DNA of 64,000 nucleotides, from contig OZ024755.1 of assembly GCA_964016885.1 (NCBI GenBank), positions 12,896,001 through 12,960,000 of the forward strand. Direction: 5' to 3'. The notes under the pieces were generated by a model. The model had not been told where the DNA came from. It saw only the letters and a list, made by a program, of their open reading frames with translations, and searched no databases. The translations under genes were made by a program, and so were the position numbers. This document shows, in pieces, positions 1-18,506 of this stretch; position 1 is the stretch's first letter, and each line of letters starts with the position of its first letter. This stretch comes from Eledone cirrhosa. Its lineage: Eukaryota.

Positions 1-3000
1 CTGTCGAGATCGTGAAGAAAATGAAGATATTGCATACATACAAGAAAACCTAGCAAGATATATAATGGAAAATGTTGCCAACATCACTTATCCAAAACCT
101 AGTGATCTTATAGGAATTGGCTATAATTTCGTTGACACTAACAACGATCCAATAGAAAAGGCTTTTAAGAGCCACTGTCATGAAATGTATAAAAACACGA
201 AACAATCGTCTTCGAATTCGTCCCCCGATATTTCAGATAGTGTTAAAAACTCCTCTAAAGTCACCCCATTCCACAGAACCGTTGAGAATCGTCTGGATTT
301 GGTTAAAATGGATATTACAAATGTTTCTAAAGCAAGAATCGGCGTAAAAGACTGTGTGACGTGTCTGGCGATAAATGTTGGTGACAACAGATGTTATATT
401 CAGAAAAATACAATACAAGCTAAATTGAAAATGGCCAATAATACTACCGAAAAACTGTTAGTGAACATCTCTGATTTTATTAAAGAGCAAAACGATGATG
501 ACGGTAATAATAATGATGTTGATGGCCGTAATACATCTATCAACGACCAAGATGGAAACAGTTTGTGTTTTAAGGCAGTTTCGGAGAGAAAACCAATACA
601 AGAATTACCTGAAACCCTCTCAGAGAAGTTTTTTGAACAAAAAGAAAGGTTGGTTGCGGTGGTTACGGCGGAAAAGGCCGAAAAGATTTACGAAATATCA
701 GAGGAAAATACGATCGAAGTTGAACAAAATGTAAATGGGAATGTAAAAGTTTATAACAAGAAACAAGCAAATTGTATTGAACAAAACCTGGAAACTTCTA
801 GCGAAGAAAAAACACAAGAAACGTCAAATAGTGAAGTTGTATCAGAAAGGACTAGCTCGACTGAGTCTCCTGGGAACAATACTGCTACTCTGTACTCAGC
901 TGTGGAAACTGATACTTCTTCAATACAGGCATCGAATTCTCAATTTGATTCTAATCAAAAACAAAAAGTTTCCGAAACAAAACAAGCAAAGGTTATTTCT
1001 GATTCGAAGACTAAAATCACAATTGAATCTGTATTGATTGATACTAACAGAGCTGCTCTTCCGAATAACGATAGAAACATGTGTGATCCGAACATTAAAT
1101 CTCAAATTATACAGAAGGATTCATCTAGTGGTATGGCGTCTAACATAGTTACCCTTCTGTCTACAAAGATCCCAAATTTAAATCCGTCAACAAATATTGC
1201 AAGACAGTTTACTATTGATGAAAATATAAAGGGGAAACCACCATTTTCTGTTGTAGCCGATGAAGCAGAACATAATGGAAACGAGGCTCCAAAATCTAGA
1301 AAAATGGAAGGAAATCCTGATAGTTTTAAATCTCTCCATATAAATATTTCTAACCCGGAGAAGAGAAACGGTGAAATAGAAACGGGAAATGTCGAAAAGG
1401 ATTTTGTAAATATCTTAAAGACAATTACAAGAAAAACATCAAGTTCAAACGACAATTCAGTTCCGTTGGAAGAATGTGCAACAGAAAATCCTGGTCTGGT
1501 GAAACGGATCTGGGTAAATACTGTACAGAACCGAGCAGACGGTGCGGATAGCAGTCAAGGAATTTCAAATATTTGCGATGCTAAAAAGTCAACTATTATA
1601 TCTGTCCATAGAAATGTTTCGACGTCTGGTCATGAAAATACTTCCATGAGAAGCGCAATGAAGGAAGTCGTGGAGAAGAAGGAAATCTTACAAATTTCTC
1701 GTAACGAGGCCAGTAGCTCTAAATTTAAGTTTGATAAAGAAATTCTGGATCAAATTATCGAAACCAACACAGTACCTCTGTTGTCAGAGAACGGCTTAGT
1801 ATATAGTTTCAGTTCAATTTTAAACCCATTGGGGGCTATAGTTATAAACTCTTCAAATCCTTCACCAGGAAATGGTAGTAGCAATCCAGAGCTAAATAAA
1901 AATACAACTAATCCAACAAAATGTGAAGAGGGGAAAGAATGGTCAGATGCTGTCCAATCGAATGGACAACAATCAGAATATACGACCAGTATACCGAGAA
2001 CAGTAGGACAGCAACGACAACAACCAAATCAACAACAATCAACGACTGTCTCAGATGGAAAACTACCGAATGTTTCTGGGAGAAGAAAAAGTTTCAATCA
2101 TTCATCAAAATATAATCAGTTTCCGGAAAATAATCCTGAAAAGGAAAAAATTGTCACAACGCAACATCAATTGAAAAACGAAACAATGAATTATTTTACC
2201 AAATCTCACGAACAAACTAACAGAAAACCCATCATGTTTTCACCCTGTGAAAATATATCGAACGAACGCAGCGCATTTCTTTTGAATTCTCCCAGATCTT
2301 CAACAAATGAGAGTGAAAACTCTCAGGGATTGTGGCAGACGACCAAATTTCATAGCAAGGTATTTCAAAATAGTGAAGTCATTCATTTAAAAAATGTTAA
2401 AAACATGTTAAAAGTTAAAAAGAATCCGGGCAAAGTGGAAAGTGCCATTAAGTTGGAGAAACCCGCATCCACTTTAAAACATTTCCCAAGAAACTCCGGA
2501 CATTATTTAAAACCCCAAAGTAATACTCCAAATCGAAACCCAATAGTCACTTGCAAGGATAAACTCGCCAATTTAAACACAACAAATTGTATCGAAAATA
2601 TATATGCAGTATCTGATGCAAATAAAAATAGAACAGTCTTCTCTAAACCAATCAATAAAATTCAGATATCGATGACCGATAAACTGTTAAACAACAAACT
2701 ATGTCCCATTAAACAAACCAAATGTAGGAATTGTGACAAAAGTAATCCATCGTTTTTACCCCTTATTGGTTCAAGTACATCAGAATCAGGATTGAAAAAA
2801 CGAAGCAATATTCCAGATAACGATTGCAAATTATCTGATAATCAATCCAGAAATTGTAAAGCAAAATTCAAATCGAAGAACATGCTTACAATCGATACTA
2901 TCTCGACGAAATCGCCAGTAAATAAAAAGGATTGTTTTCCTAGCTGTAAAACTAAACCAGTCTCAGATGAAAAAACTATGAGATCGAATCTAAACATTGA

Positions 3001-3965
3001 GTCTAGAATCGAAATATCCCGGCGACGAAATATGGTGATTATTGATCCAGTCAGTGAAGGTTTGGCAAGAGAGATTGAAACGTGTGTTAATAGAAACACT
3101 TCTTATTTAAATACTGAAGACGAAACGAAATCCCTTTTATGTACAGCTAGTAAAAATGGTAGTAAAGTGTATTACCAAAGTTTACCTTCGTTATACAAGA
3201 GTGGAAAATTACCAACCCTCATATGTCCTTCATTTCAGGAACTACCGCCAAGCACAACTGTGCCGCCGAAGAATCACTCCAAGAATGCTGCTGATTACAA
3301 ATCATCATCGAAAGGTTTTACTGATTCAGATGGTAGGGATTCTTCAAAGCGACGATTTTCAACCCAGTTAAACAGTTCGCCACCGACGAATGCACTCACA
3401 CCAGCACACATGCATGCGCTTAAAAACGGCAAAGAGAAACACTCAAATAACTCCAAACTAAATACCATTAATCAAAATAATTGTAGGAACAACAAATGCA
3501 ACTGCATACGTAACCGATACCTTGCTTCACCTAAAGAAGATTTAATCGTCAATCAAAAAATATCTTTTACTGAAATGTCGTCTGCTACAGAACATAAGAC
3601 GAACGCTGTCCATTGTAGCGGCCAACAGCAGCTTTGTCGCCGAGAAAAAGCGCTGTCTTTGGTTAGTAACTTCAAAACAATGTCAGAAAAAAGTCTAAGA
3701 AAGGAACAAACTGGTTCGACCAATTGTAATTTGATGAAAAGAAAACTGCTAAAGTCTTTGGGCGGTTCCAGTGATTCTACACGATCTACATCAAATAATG
3801 AAAATAGTATTGGTGAATGCCACAGAGAATGTCTTCTGAGGAAAGAAGTGAGAATTAAGAAAACGTGTCTGATGAAAGAAACAAAATCTGAAAAGGTTAT
3901 CTTAAAGCTTCGTAAACAACAAAAGAGTCCTCCTTCTAAACCAAAATTAAAGTCTTTTGGTAAAG
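1..3965 (+). CDS. Uncharacterised gene, very large coding exon (5' end outside window); S/N/K/T-rich, probably disordered
   Basis: The ORF 65..4048 frame is also open from position 2 (CRDREENEDIAYIQENLARYIM...), so the exon starts upstream of the window. Phase-1 donor AAAG|gtaaaa after 3965 fits the downstream exons. No recognisable domain. Confidence 0.75.
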
Positions 3966-5721
3966 GTAAAACAGGACTGGCGTTTTATAGCATGCAGCAC
4001 TATAACAGCACATGGCAGAGATTAGTACGGACAATCGGAGCATTGTAGAGCACGCTAGTAGAACACATTGTTATAGAAATGTCTGATAGAACATATTAGT
4101 GTAACACATTTGTGTAACACAGTAATGTCATATCTGATACAACATATTAGTGTAACACAGTAATATCTGATACTACACATTAGTGTAACACAACACAGTA
4201 ATGTCTGATATAACATACTAGTTTAACACAGTAAAGTCTGACACTACACAATTGTGTAACACAACGCTGTAGTTTCCAATAGAGCAGGCCTTCCCCAACT
4301 ATTTCAATTGTGATTCCTTTTCTTTAAAAAGCTCTTGCAGATTCCACACCAAACCCTACTTGTTTGCTAAAAAAAAATTCTTTGTGTCAATAAGATGGGA
4401 TTTTTCGACAGCTTATTATTGAATATTAAATTTGTAAACTTATTTTTATAATGAATAATGGTAAAGTATTTATTGCAGGAAAAAATTTGCTATAACCAGC
4501 AAATAAAGCTAGAATCTTAAATAAAATTGAAATTCTTAATTTTTCTCGCGACCTCGCTATCCTTTGAATTTTTATGCAAACCCTAGTTTGGAAAGGCCTG
4601 TAATAGAGCACATCAGTGCAATACATCACTATAGTGTCTGATAGAGCATGATACAGCACTCTAGTGTGTGATAGAGCATGGTATAGCACCATAGTGTTTC
4701 GTAGAGCATGGTTCAGCTAGCTCAGTAGTCCTTCATAGAGCATGCTTCAACTGAAAAATAGTTCAGTGACTGTAATGTGTGCGTGTGTGTGTGTCTCTAT
4801 GTGTCTGTGTGTGTATTGGACCTCCCTTGGTTACGACGATAGTCTTCCTGTGGTTCAATCAACAGCCTGCTCATGGAATTAACATATAAGTGTCTGAGCA
4901 TTCCACAGATACGTACACCCTTAACGTAGTTCGTGAGGAGATTCAACATGACATGGTATGTGACAAGGCTGACCCTTTGAATCACAGGTACACCCCATTT
5001 TTACCAATTGAGTAGACTGTAGCAAGATAAAGTGTCCTCTTCAAGGGGACACAACTGAAGGCCTTACGATCATGAGCCGGACACCCTGTCTACTAAGCCA
5101 TGTGCTTTCACAGTGTAATAAAGCTTGTCATTCATGGTAGAACATGATATAGTACAGTAGCTAGACCCTAGTAGTCTATACTAAAGCACTCGGTTAAGTT
5201 ATCATGTCACATTACACATCTTGTCAGAACACACATATTCGCAATCGTGAGGTTGCGATTTCGATTCTTGGACCGGGCGATGCGTTATGTCTTTGAGCAA
5301 AACATTTTATTTCACGTTGATCTTTCTGCCAGGGGTTGCGACCGCTAGATAGTATCAGCAATGGGAAAAAAAAACAATGGAAACATTGTTTCCTAGGTCC
5401 AATTTGACAAGTTGCACTCCACTTATTAAGCGAATGGGATCTGGGATTTTGTCGATTGAGATGTTTACATTCTGAGTTTAAATCCCACTGAGGTTAACTT
5501 TGCCATTCAACTTTCTGGGCTCGATAAAATATACTAGGGTTGATTTAATCAACTTTGACCTACCCCAAAAATTTACTGGCTTTATTCCTAAATTATAAAT
5601 CATTATCATAGCTGGTGTAATATAGGCTCTCCACAAAAAAATCTTCCAACAGGTTATCATGTGGTTTTCTATACATTTTATTTCCAAATTTGTCCCGTCA
5701 CCTTCTGTCAATCTTAACCAG

Positions 5722-5747
5722 TTGATTATAGGATGGCCTGGCATGAG
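5722..5747 (+). CDS. Uncharacterised gene, 26-nt microexon (V)DYRMAWHE
   Basis: Pyrimidine tract plus ttaaccag| acceptor and GAG|gtgaga donor; phase 1 to 0 bridges the donor at 3965 to the exon at 6910 in frame. Confidence 0.6.
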
Positions 5748-5749
5748 GT

Positions 5750-6400
5750 GAGATGATGTGTGGTATCATATAGTTGTGATATGATGTGGGATGTAACATG
5801 GTGTGTGGTGTGATGTGGTGTATAGTGTTACATATGTGTGGTGTGATACGGTGTGTGTGTATGTGTGTTGTAAAATAATCTGTGATGTGACATGTCTGTG
5901 ATATGGTATGGTGTGCCAAGATGTGTAGTGTGACAGTGTGTGGTGTGACAATGTTGTGTGACATGTGCTGTGACATTGTGTGGTGTGACTGTGTGGTGTG
6001 ACATATAATGTGTGACATGTGTTGTGACATTGTGTGGTCGACATATAATGTGTGACATGGTGTGGTATGATTGTGTGTGGTGTGACATGATAACATATGG
6101 TGTGGTGTGACATAATTGTTTCTACTATTGGCACAAGGCCAGAAAATTACCCAGTACATTACTGGTACTTTATTTTATCGACCCCGTAAGGATGAAAGGC
6201 AAAGTTAACCTCGGCGGGATTTGAACTCAGAATGGCAAGGGCCGTAACTCTATGCGTCAAAGCATGGCGTCCGAACCTCTACCGATACTGCCAAATGCTG
6301 TGTGACATGGTGTGGTATGACATTGTGTGTGGTGTGACATGATATGTAACATATGGCGTGGTGTAACATAATGAGTGTTATGTAACATGGTGTGTTGTGA
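5750..6400. repeat. Degenerate (TGTGG/TGACA) pentamer repeat interrupted by a SINE
   Basis: Directly visible; gives His/Thr-rich spurious ORFs. Confidence 0.85.
6114..6293 (-). mobile_element. tRNA-derived SINE (Nin/Deu-domain type), family 1
   Basis: A box TGGCAGTATCGG, B box GAGTTCAAATCC, body CTTTGCCTTTCATCCTTACGGGGTCGATAAAATAAAGTACCAG; several copies in the window. Confidence 0.8.
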
Positions 6401-6909
6401 CTTGTTGTTGATGATGATGGTGATGATAATGACTTAATTACTGCTTGCTGGGTGGGCTCCTTAGAATAGAATAGAATGCCTTGCTGTATTTGTTTCAGTT
6501 ATCCACGCTCAGACTTCAAATCCCACCGAATGTACCTTTGCCATTCATCCTTTCGGAGTTGATAAAATAGCAGTTTTGTCCTGGGTTCATTTCTCCCTCT
6601 TTCTAAGATCCATTCTCGTCACAATGTTAAGACCAGTCATAAGAACCATGCCAAGATAGAATATATGTAACAAGATAATGTCATCTGATTTATCATAGTC
6701 AGAGAACATGGTGACCCATCCAACTAATATCAGCATGGGTTGTTTGATGTTCAGTTGTTTCAGTTGTTTCTGTTGTTTGTTGTGTTATTGTATTTCAGTT
6801 CAGTTGCTTTCTAGTTTTTATTATATTTGCTATTTCTGTTTTGTTTTGTTTTTACTTTGTTTTGTTTTGTTTTATTGTTGTTGTTTTGTTTGTTTGTTTT
6901 CCTTGGCAG

Positions 6910-6940
6910 AGGTACAATGATGTCCAGGTATTCTATGGAA
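6910..6940 (+). CDS. Uncharacterised gene, 31-nt microexon RYNDVQVFYG
   Basis: Long T-rich tract plus ttggcag| acceptor and GGAA|gtaatc donor; phase 0 to 1 matches the next exon at 12661. Confidence 0.55.
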
Positions 6941-7062
6941 GTAATCATATATTTTGAGATACATAACAAAATATTTGGCAAATAGAATATGATCTCTGTA
7001 GATTTTCACTAAACTAGAATTTTCTTGATTATTTTTCTTCAATGCAAAGTATCAAAGATAAA

Positions 7063-7226
7063 CAATTGTTTCTACTTTTGGCACAAGGGCAGCAATTACC
7101 CAGTGTATTACTGGTACTTTATTTTATCGACCCCATAAGGATGAAAGGCAAAGTTAACCTCGGCGGGATTTGAACTCAGAATGGTAAGGGCCGTAACTCA
7201 ATGCGTCAAAGCATGGCGTCCGACCC
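7063..7226 (-). mobile_element. SINE family 1 copy
   Basis: Close match to 6114-6293. Confidence 0.8.
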
Positions 7227-7379
7227 ATTTATCAAAGATAAATAATAATGTTGGTTTTGTGCAGTGGTGAAATAATTAAGAGAGAATCAGAGTTTCTAAC
7301 TCTTAAAACATCACCTTGCACCACTGCTTCCTGTCTTAAAGAAGACTGTGAAACACAGGAGAGTAAAAGAGTGGAGCAG

Positions 7380-8045
7380 TGACTGTGTGTTCGACCTCCA
7401 TTGGTTTCAACAATGATTCCTCCAGTTGTTTGGTCAATGGAACAGCTTCCTCATGAAATTAATATGCACGTGGCTAAGCATTTCACAAACGTGTGTACCC
7501 CTGGCATAGTTCTCAGGGAGATTCAGCATGACATACAGTGTGTGACATAGCTGGCTCTTTGAATTACAAGTACAGTCCATTTTGTATTATAGTGTAAGTG
7601 GCTGAGTATTCTACAAACACATACATGCTTAACACAGTTCTCAGGGAGATTCAGTGTGTGAAAAGACTGGCTCTTTGAATTACAAGTACAATCCATTTTG
7701 TATTATAGTGTTATAGTGTAAGTGGCTAAATATTCCACAAACACATACATGCTTAACAGTTTTCAGGGAGATTCAGTGTGACATACACAGTGTGTGAAAA
7801 GACTGGCTCTTTGAATTACAAGAACAGTCCATTTTGTATTTTAGTGTTAACATGGTTCTCAGAGATTCAGCGGGTAACAAGGCTTGCTTTTGAATTACAA
7901 GTACAACTGATTTTTGCAAGCCAAGTGGACTGCATCAACATGAAATAAAGTGTCTTGCTCAAAGACACAATGTAGGGCCAGGAATCGAGTTTGCGACCAT
8001 ATGATCATGAGCCAAATGCCCTAACCACTGTGTCACTTGCTTTCA
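7380..8045 (-). mobile_element. SINE family 2 copy with an internal segment repeated about four times
   Basis: Repeated ttctcagggagattcag...ctttgaattacaag blocks followed by the CORE/tRNA head. Confidence 0.65.
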
Positions 8046-8081
8046 GAACAGTGAGAGTGATAATGGATAAATGAAGAAACT

Positions 8082-12521
<4,440 letters not shown>

Positions 12522-12660
12522 GTTGATCTTCAATATTGTGGTGGTTGAATCAAATTAAAGAGTTGAATGTCCACGGGGACAGCTAGTATTAATGAATATC
12601 AATTTGTTTATCATATGAAATATATTTTATATATTGTTATCGATCTCTTTCTTCTGACAG

Positions 12661-12742
12661 TCAACCAAAAATATATTCAAGAATTCAAAGAATTGGAAAA
12701 AATCCTCAAAGAGACAGCATCTAAGATTTCTAAACCACCACA
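12661..12742 (+). CDS. Uncharacterised gene exon NQKYIQEFKELEKILKETASKISKPP
   Basis: ctctttcttctgacag| acceptor, CA|gtaaga donor, open frame, phase 1 to 2. Confidence 0.7.
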
Positions 12743-12799
12743 GTAAGATATATGAAATTTTCATTTTCATTTTTTGGGTTTATCACATTCATTAACATT

Positions 12800-13550
12800 A
12801 TCACACTATATTTCTTAGTCATCACCATCACTCTCTATTTCTTAGTCGTCACCATCACTCTCTATTTCTTAGTCGTCACCATCACTCTCTATTTCTTAGT
12901 CGTCACCATCACTCTCTATTTCTTAGTCGTCACCATCACTCTCTATTTCTTAGTCGTCACCATCACTCTCTATTTCTTAGTCGTCACCATCACTCTCTAT
13001 TTCTTAGTCGTCACCATCACTCTCTATTTCTTAGTCGTCACCATCACTCTCTATTTCTTAGTCGTCACCATCACTCTCTATTTCTTAGTCGTCACCATCA
13101 CTCTCTATTTCTTAGTCGTCACCATCACTCTCTATTTCTTAGTCGTCACCATCACTCTCTATTTCTTAGTCGTCACCATCACTCTCTATTTCTTAGTCGT
13201 CACCATCACTCTCTATTTCTTAGTCGTCACCATCACTCTCTATTTCTTAGTCGTCACCATCACTCTCTATTTCTTAGTCGTCACCATCACTCTCTATTTC
13301 TTAGTCGTCACCATCACTCTCTATTTCTTAGTCGTCACCATCACTCTCTATTTCTTAGTCGTCACCATCACTCTCTATTTCTTAGTCGTCACCATCACTC
13401 TCTATTTCTTAGTCGTCACCATCACTCTCTATTTCTTAGTCGTCACCATCACTCTCTATTTCTTAGTCGTCACCATCACTCTATATTTCTTAGTCGTCAC
13501 CATCACTCTATATTTCTTAGTCATCACCATCACTCTATATTTCTTAGTTA
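12800..13550. repeat. 24-bp minisatellite (CACCATCACTCTCTATTTCTTAGTCGT-type unit, ~27 nt as read), degenerating to ~13915
   Basis: Near-perfect tandem copies; the VVTITLYFL 9-residue ORF period shows the true unit is 27 bp. Confidence 0.9.
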
Positions 13551-14135
13551 TCACACCATTTTTTAATCACCGCCATCATACTTCATTTCCTTTCTTAGAC
13601 TCCATCATACTCAATCTCTTAATCATTACCATCACAATTCATTTATTAGCCCTCACACTCCATTTCCTTTCTTAGCCAGCACCACAATACTCCATTTCTT
13701 AATCACAGCATCACACTCCATCTGTTAGTCATCACCATCGCACTCGATTTCTTAGCCAGCACCACAATACTTCATTCCTTAGTCATCACCATCACACTAT
13801 ATTTCTTAGTCATCAACATCATACTCCATTTGTTAGTAATCAACATCACAAACCATTTCTTAGTCATCACCATTATACCCCATTTCTTAACTATCACCAT
13901 CACACTCCATTTGCTTTCGTTTGAAAATAGGACCCTAACATTGAAATATCAAGAAATACAAGGTTATTTTGTTTTGGTACCTTTAATTGTCATTGCATCA
14001 ACTTTCCCAAAACAATCATGGCCACAGAAATCACAGTACCGAACTAAAGAGTGGCCCGTGAATGACTTTACCATTTACATTATTAAATCTTTAAATACTG
14101 GACTCCAGAAAAATTTCTTTAGATTGGAAGTTTAA

Positions 14136-14352
14136 CCCTTTAACATTTACATTATATATATACTATTGTATTTTGTGGTAAAGGCTTTACCTTACATAAT
14201 TATCTCACATAATATTGAATCTATAAGATTTGTATGTTATTTATTTTGAAAACAATACCTTAATATCAGTATGAGTGACTGGTTACGGCCGGTTTGAACA
14301 GAAAGAGATGAGAGAATTCTGGTCGGATACAACCGGTTTAAATTCTAAAGGG
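14136..14352. mobile_element. TTAA-target (piggyBac-like) MITE
   Basis: TTAA-CCCTTTA...TAAAGGG ends; homologous to 34858-35335. Confidence 0.6.
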
Positions 14353-14412
14353 TTTAAATAATTCTCAAACTAATAATATCTCTTTTTCTTTTCTCTTCTG
14401 TTATGTTGTTAG

Positions 14413-14491
14413 TGTCCAATACCAGCCATATGTATTCTCATCATTGAAACCTTACTATGACACCAGTTTGGTTCGTTACATGATCAAACAA
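14413..14491 (+). CDS. Uncharacterised gene exon VQYQPYVFSSLKPYYDTSLVRYMIKQ
   Basis: ttgttag| acceptor, CAA|gtaaga donor, phase 2 to 0. Confidence 0.7.
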
Positions 14492-14689
14492 GTAAGACGG
14501 TCTTTTTTCTTTTTCCCTTGTGTTGTTCATTATTTTGGAGGTTTACGGTTTATATTAGTATATTATATAATTCTCATTTAGGGCAGAATCGATTGGCAGA
14601 ATCGTTAGAGCACCAAACAAAATGTTTTTCGATAAGTATTCTGGCTCCTTACGTTAATAGTGGAGTGGGGGTCACATATTCTCTGAAGA

Positions 14690-14920
14690 GGTTGATGATG
14701 CGGTGAAGTATTCCCTGAAGGGATTGATGGTGTGGGTGAAGTATTCCATGAAGAAATTGATGGGGGAGGGTGTTATTCCATGAAGGGGTTGGTGAAAGGA
14801 GAGTATTCCATGAAGGGGTTGATGGTGGAGGCGAAGTAATCCATGAAGGGGTTGATGGTGGATGCGAAGTAATCCATGAAGGGATTGATGATGTGGTCAA
14901 GAATTCCCTGAAGGGGTTGA
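14690..14920. repeat. ~33-bp degenerate minisatellite
   Basis: Repeated gaagtaatccatgaaggggttgatggtgg units. Confidence 0.8.
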
Positions 14921-14975
14921 CTGTCTGAAATGTTTGGAGATCCCTACTCTATTACATTTTTGTTTGTTTTTCCAG

Positions 14976-15121
14976 CCTCGGGCCCCTTTCCCTAGCTACC
15001 GGAGCCGCCAGACAGCCACTGGGTTATGTGACCCCATTGAGGACTTAAAGCTTGATACATTAATCTTACCAGAAATATCTTCCAAGACAATGATGAAAAT
15101 ACAGAAGCGATATAAGAACGA
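14976..15121 (+). CDS. Uncharacterised gene exon PRAPFPSYRSRQ...QKRYKN
   Basis: tttttccag| acceptor, GA|gtaagt donor, phase 0 to 2; within ORF 14934..15125. Confidence 0.75.
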
Positions 15122-15345
15122 GTAAGTATTGTTGTTGTTGTTCGTGGTGGTGGTGGTTGCGGTGTAGCTGGAGAATTTCTAATGGGTACCCCATGTCACG
15201 GAGCCCACAAGTTTAACCCCTGCTTTAGGAGACGGGCGTGGACGGAGGGGGGACGGACGTGGACGGAGGGGGGGGGGGGGGGGTTATATTGTTGTTTGTT
15301 GTGTTGTTATTTGTTTATATTAAATGATTTATTCATTATTTACAG

Positions 15346-15586
15346 AAAAGAACTCTTCCGCAAACACAACTCGAATGCGCAGAAGAAGGTCAGTGAAAAC
15401 TATAAACGTACAGAAAAGGACTTCTATAGATTGGAATTGAAGCGTTTAAATGAAGTGAATCGCGTGTACAGACCGCATACAGAACTGCGATCATCCTGCA
15501 ACACATATCTTCAGAGTTCAACTGGTCTCCGTAAGGTTAACTCAGATTGCAGCAACAAATTCTCTCAATCTTCAAAAAAAAGATAA
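15346..15586 (+). CDS. Uncharacterised gene, last coding exon KELFRKHNS...DFYRLELKRL...SSKKR*
   Basis: tttacag| acceptor, phase 2, stop TAA at 15584-15586; within ORF 15182..15586. Confidence 0.75.
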
Positions 15587-15702
15587 AATAATCCCCCATG
15601 TCCTGTCTTCGTACGATAAAGAAAAAAATAATCCAAAAGCAAAAGCGTAAATTCAAAATATGTAGTCTCTTAAACGATCTCTTTACTTATATATTATATA
15701 TC

Positions 15703-15886
15703 GGTGGATTGGCAGTATCGATAGAGGGTCGGACGCCATGCTTTCCAGCATAGTTACGTCCCTTTACGATCTGAGTTCAAATCCCGCTGAGGTTGACTTT
15801 GCCTTTCATCCTTACGGGGTCGATAAAATAAAGTACCAGTAATGCACTGGGTAATTGCTGGCCTTGTGCCTAAAGTAGAAACAATT
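15703..15886 (+). mobile_element. SINE family 1 copy
   Basis: Full head and body, reverse complement of the 6114 copy. Confidence 0.8.
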
Positions 15887-16554
15887 ATATATTTATACGT
15901 TTACTTTTATAATTTAATCAATTTAAACACCCGTATAGAGCTAGTAAACCATGACAAACTAGGAGATGTATCTAATACCCGTCACAATTAAGAAACAAAA
16001 ATACGAGAGAGAGAGAGAGAAAAATGTAGGAAAAAATAGGAAAAAAAGTGAAAAACAAAGGCCGTGATAAAATAGCTAAAAATTCCTGTTGAATCTTTTC
16101 GCAGCCTCCACGGACTGGAAGATCTTGTTTATGGTTAGCAAATCCTCGACAATATATTGCACCTCCAATCTTGTTAGAGACCAGTTTGCTCACGACGTTC
16201 TCTCTCTCTCTGACCGATAGTTTTTACATTGGAACAAATAGTGACAAAGAGTTTCTGGGTAGTCTCCACAAGAACATAGAAGTGATTCTATCCGAACAGA
16301 TTCATGATAAAATATAGTTTAAGGGTATATGACCCCTTTCGAAGCCAATACATTTTAAAAGTTGACAGATCTGATTGAGATAATGAAAGATTAAAATTTG
16401 TTTGCTTTTTTCTAGATTTTTCCCCCAATTTCTCCTACCCTTGATTAATTATGTTTTTTTACTGAATGATTTGACGTGATAGATTTAGAATGTAATCTAT
16501 ATCTATTATTTCCCTTTATGCTCCTTCTTTTGCTTTCCTGTTTCCTTTAATATA

Positions 16555-16752
16555 CGAGGGTCGTTTGAAAAGTTCATAGGATAATCAAGACACTCTCATG
16601 GAATAACCAAATAAGATTTATTTTTCAACATAGTTCCTGAAAAGAAACAATGCCGTTATTAATAAGAAGAGTTGGAATTAATGCATGCAAGATTTCACAG
16701 CCCTAGCATCATTCCTGCATAGTCACCCTATGAACTTTTTAGACTACCCTTG
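16555..16752. mobile_element. Tc1/mariner-type MITE
   Basis: TA-flanked imperfect TIRs CGAGGGTCGTTTGAAAAGTTCATAGG / CCTATGAACTTTTTAGACTACCCTTG. Confidence 0.7.
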
Positions 16753-17344
16753 TATTTATGGCTTAGTATTAAAATCATTATTTGTTTATTTTCTAGTAGA
16801 TAATCTATTTTAGCAGAACCTTCCCAATATCTCTAGCCCGACGTTTTTACTTTGATTGAAATAGTTCTAGGGTTGCTAAACACGTATGGTAATAGAATTA
16901 GATCCCGAGATTAACAAGTAATTTTTATTTCAATTTGGATTAAAACAATATAACATTTTATCTAAAATAATCTTTCTATAGTCAACTATAATAAACAGAC
17001 ATTTTATAACACGACGACGCCGACGTCACATTTTGCATATGAGTGTGTTTGTGAGTGTGTGTGCATGTGTTTGCGCGTTCGTTACGAAAGTTAGGACTTA
17101 GTAAGTTACATACACACACATCCTCACGTAAATGTTTAATCAGATTCACAGATAATTAAACACACACACATCTACACATTTGATGACAAGGAATAGTGTT
17201 TACCCTGAGGTGCTTACAGATTTTCATTTCTAAATTCTATTATCGTTACAATTTTGATATTTTTTTAATAAAATATAGATATTTTGAAATATACATGAGA
17301 AAAAAAATATATCTTCATATTTATTGTTTACTAATCTGAATAAG

Positions 17345-17384
17345 AACAGCAGTAACCCGAGCAGCGCCGGGACATTCAGCTAGT
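17345..17384 (+). mobile_element. Putative Helitron 3' terminus
   Basis: GC-rich hairpin CCCG-AGCAGCGC-CGGG followed ~9 nt later by CTAG|T; 5' end not defined. Confidence 0.45.
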
Positions 17385-17574
17385 TTATTATATTTCACTT
17401 TCATTATACATGGAAAAATAACACTAGAATTCCAATTTAAGGGAAATAAGTCATCGTCGATATATATTTTACGAACATAAACCACGACTTTATACAACAT
17501 TCTAATGTGTTCTACATTGAAACACTGCGAAATTATTTTTGTATTTTTCTACAGTTATTATATAGAGGGGTAGG

Positions 17575-17734
17575 GCGATGGATTGATAGTATTGGTAGAG
17601 CGTCAAACAAAATACTTTGTGGTATTTAGTTATGAGTTCAAAATCAGCCATGGTCAAATTTGCATTTTATCCTTCTGGGGTCCATTAAATAAAGCAGCCA
17701 TTATGAACTGGGGGCCTTGTGCCTGAATTTGAAA

Positions 17735-17737
<3 letters not shown>
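17575..17737 (+). mobile_element. SINE family 1, diverged copy with a TA-microsatellite tail
   Basis: gagttcaaaatc B box and ggccttgtgcc end. Confidence 0.6.
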
Positions 17738-17782
<45 letters not shown>

Positions 17783-18409
17783 TATGTATATATATATATG
17801 TATACATATATACATATGTATACATATATATATACATATGTATATATATACATATGTATACATATATATATACATATGTATACATACATGTATACATACA
17901 CATATGTATACATACACATATATGTATACATATATATATATATACATACACATATGTATACATATATACATACATATACATATACATATACATACATGTA
18001 TACATATATATATACATACATGTATACATATATATATACATACATGTATACATATATATATACATACATGTATACATATATATATACATACATGTATACA
18101 TATATATATACATACATGTATACATATATATATACATACATGTATACATATATATATACATACATGTATACATATATATATACATACATGTATACATACA
18201 TATACATGCATACATACACATGTATACATATACATACATGTATACATACACATATATATATACATATACATACACACACACATATATACATATACACACA
18301 TATATATACATATACACATATATATATATATACATATACATACACATGCATACATACACATGTATACATATACATATACACATGTATATACATATATACA
18401 TATATTTAT

Positions 18410-18464
<55 letters not shown>

Positions 18465-18506
18465 TACACATATACATACATATATATATATACATGTATA
18501 TATATA
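17738..18506. repeat. (TA)/(TACA) plus (GATA)n microsatellite
   Basis: Directly visible. Confidence 0.95.

Noticed and set aside
5698-6159. His/Thr-rich ORFs on the minus strand
   Set aside because: Translation of a degenerate pentamer repeat
6114-6293. tRNA gene (A and B boxes)
   Set aside because: No cloverleaf; it is the head of a multi-copy SINE
12752-13675. 307-aa hydrophobic repeat ORF (VVTITLYFL)n
   Set aside because: Translation of a 27-bp intronic minisatellite lying between two phase-matched exons
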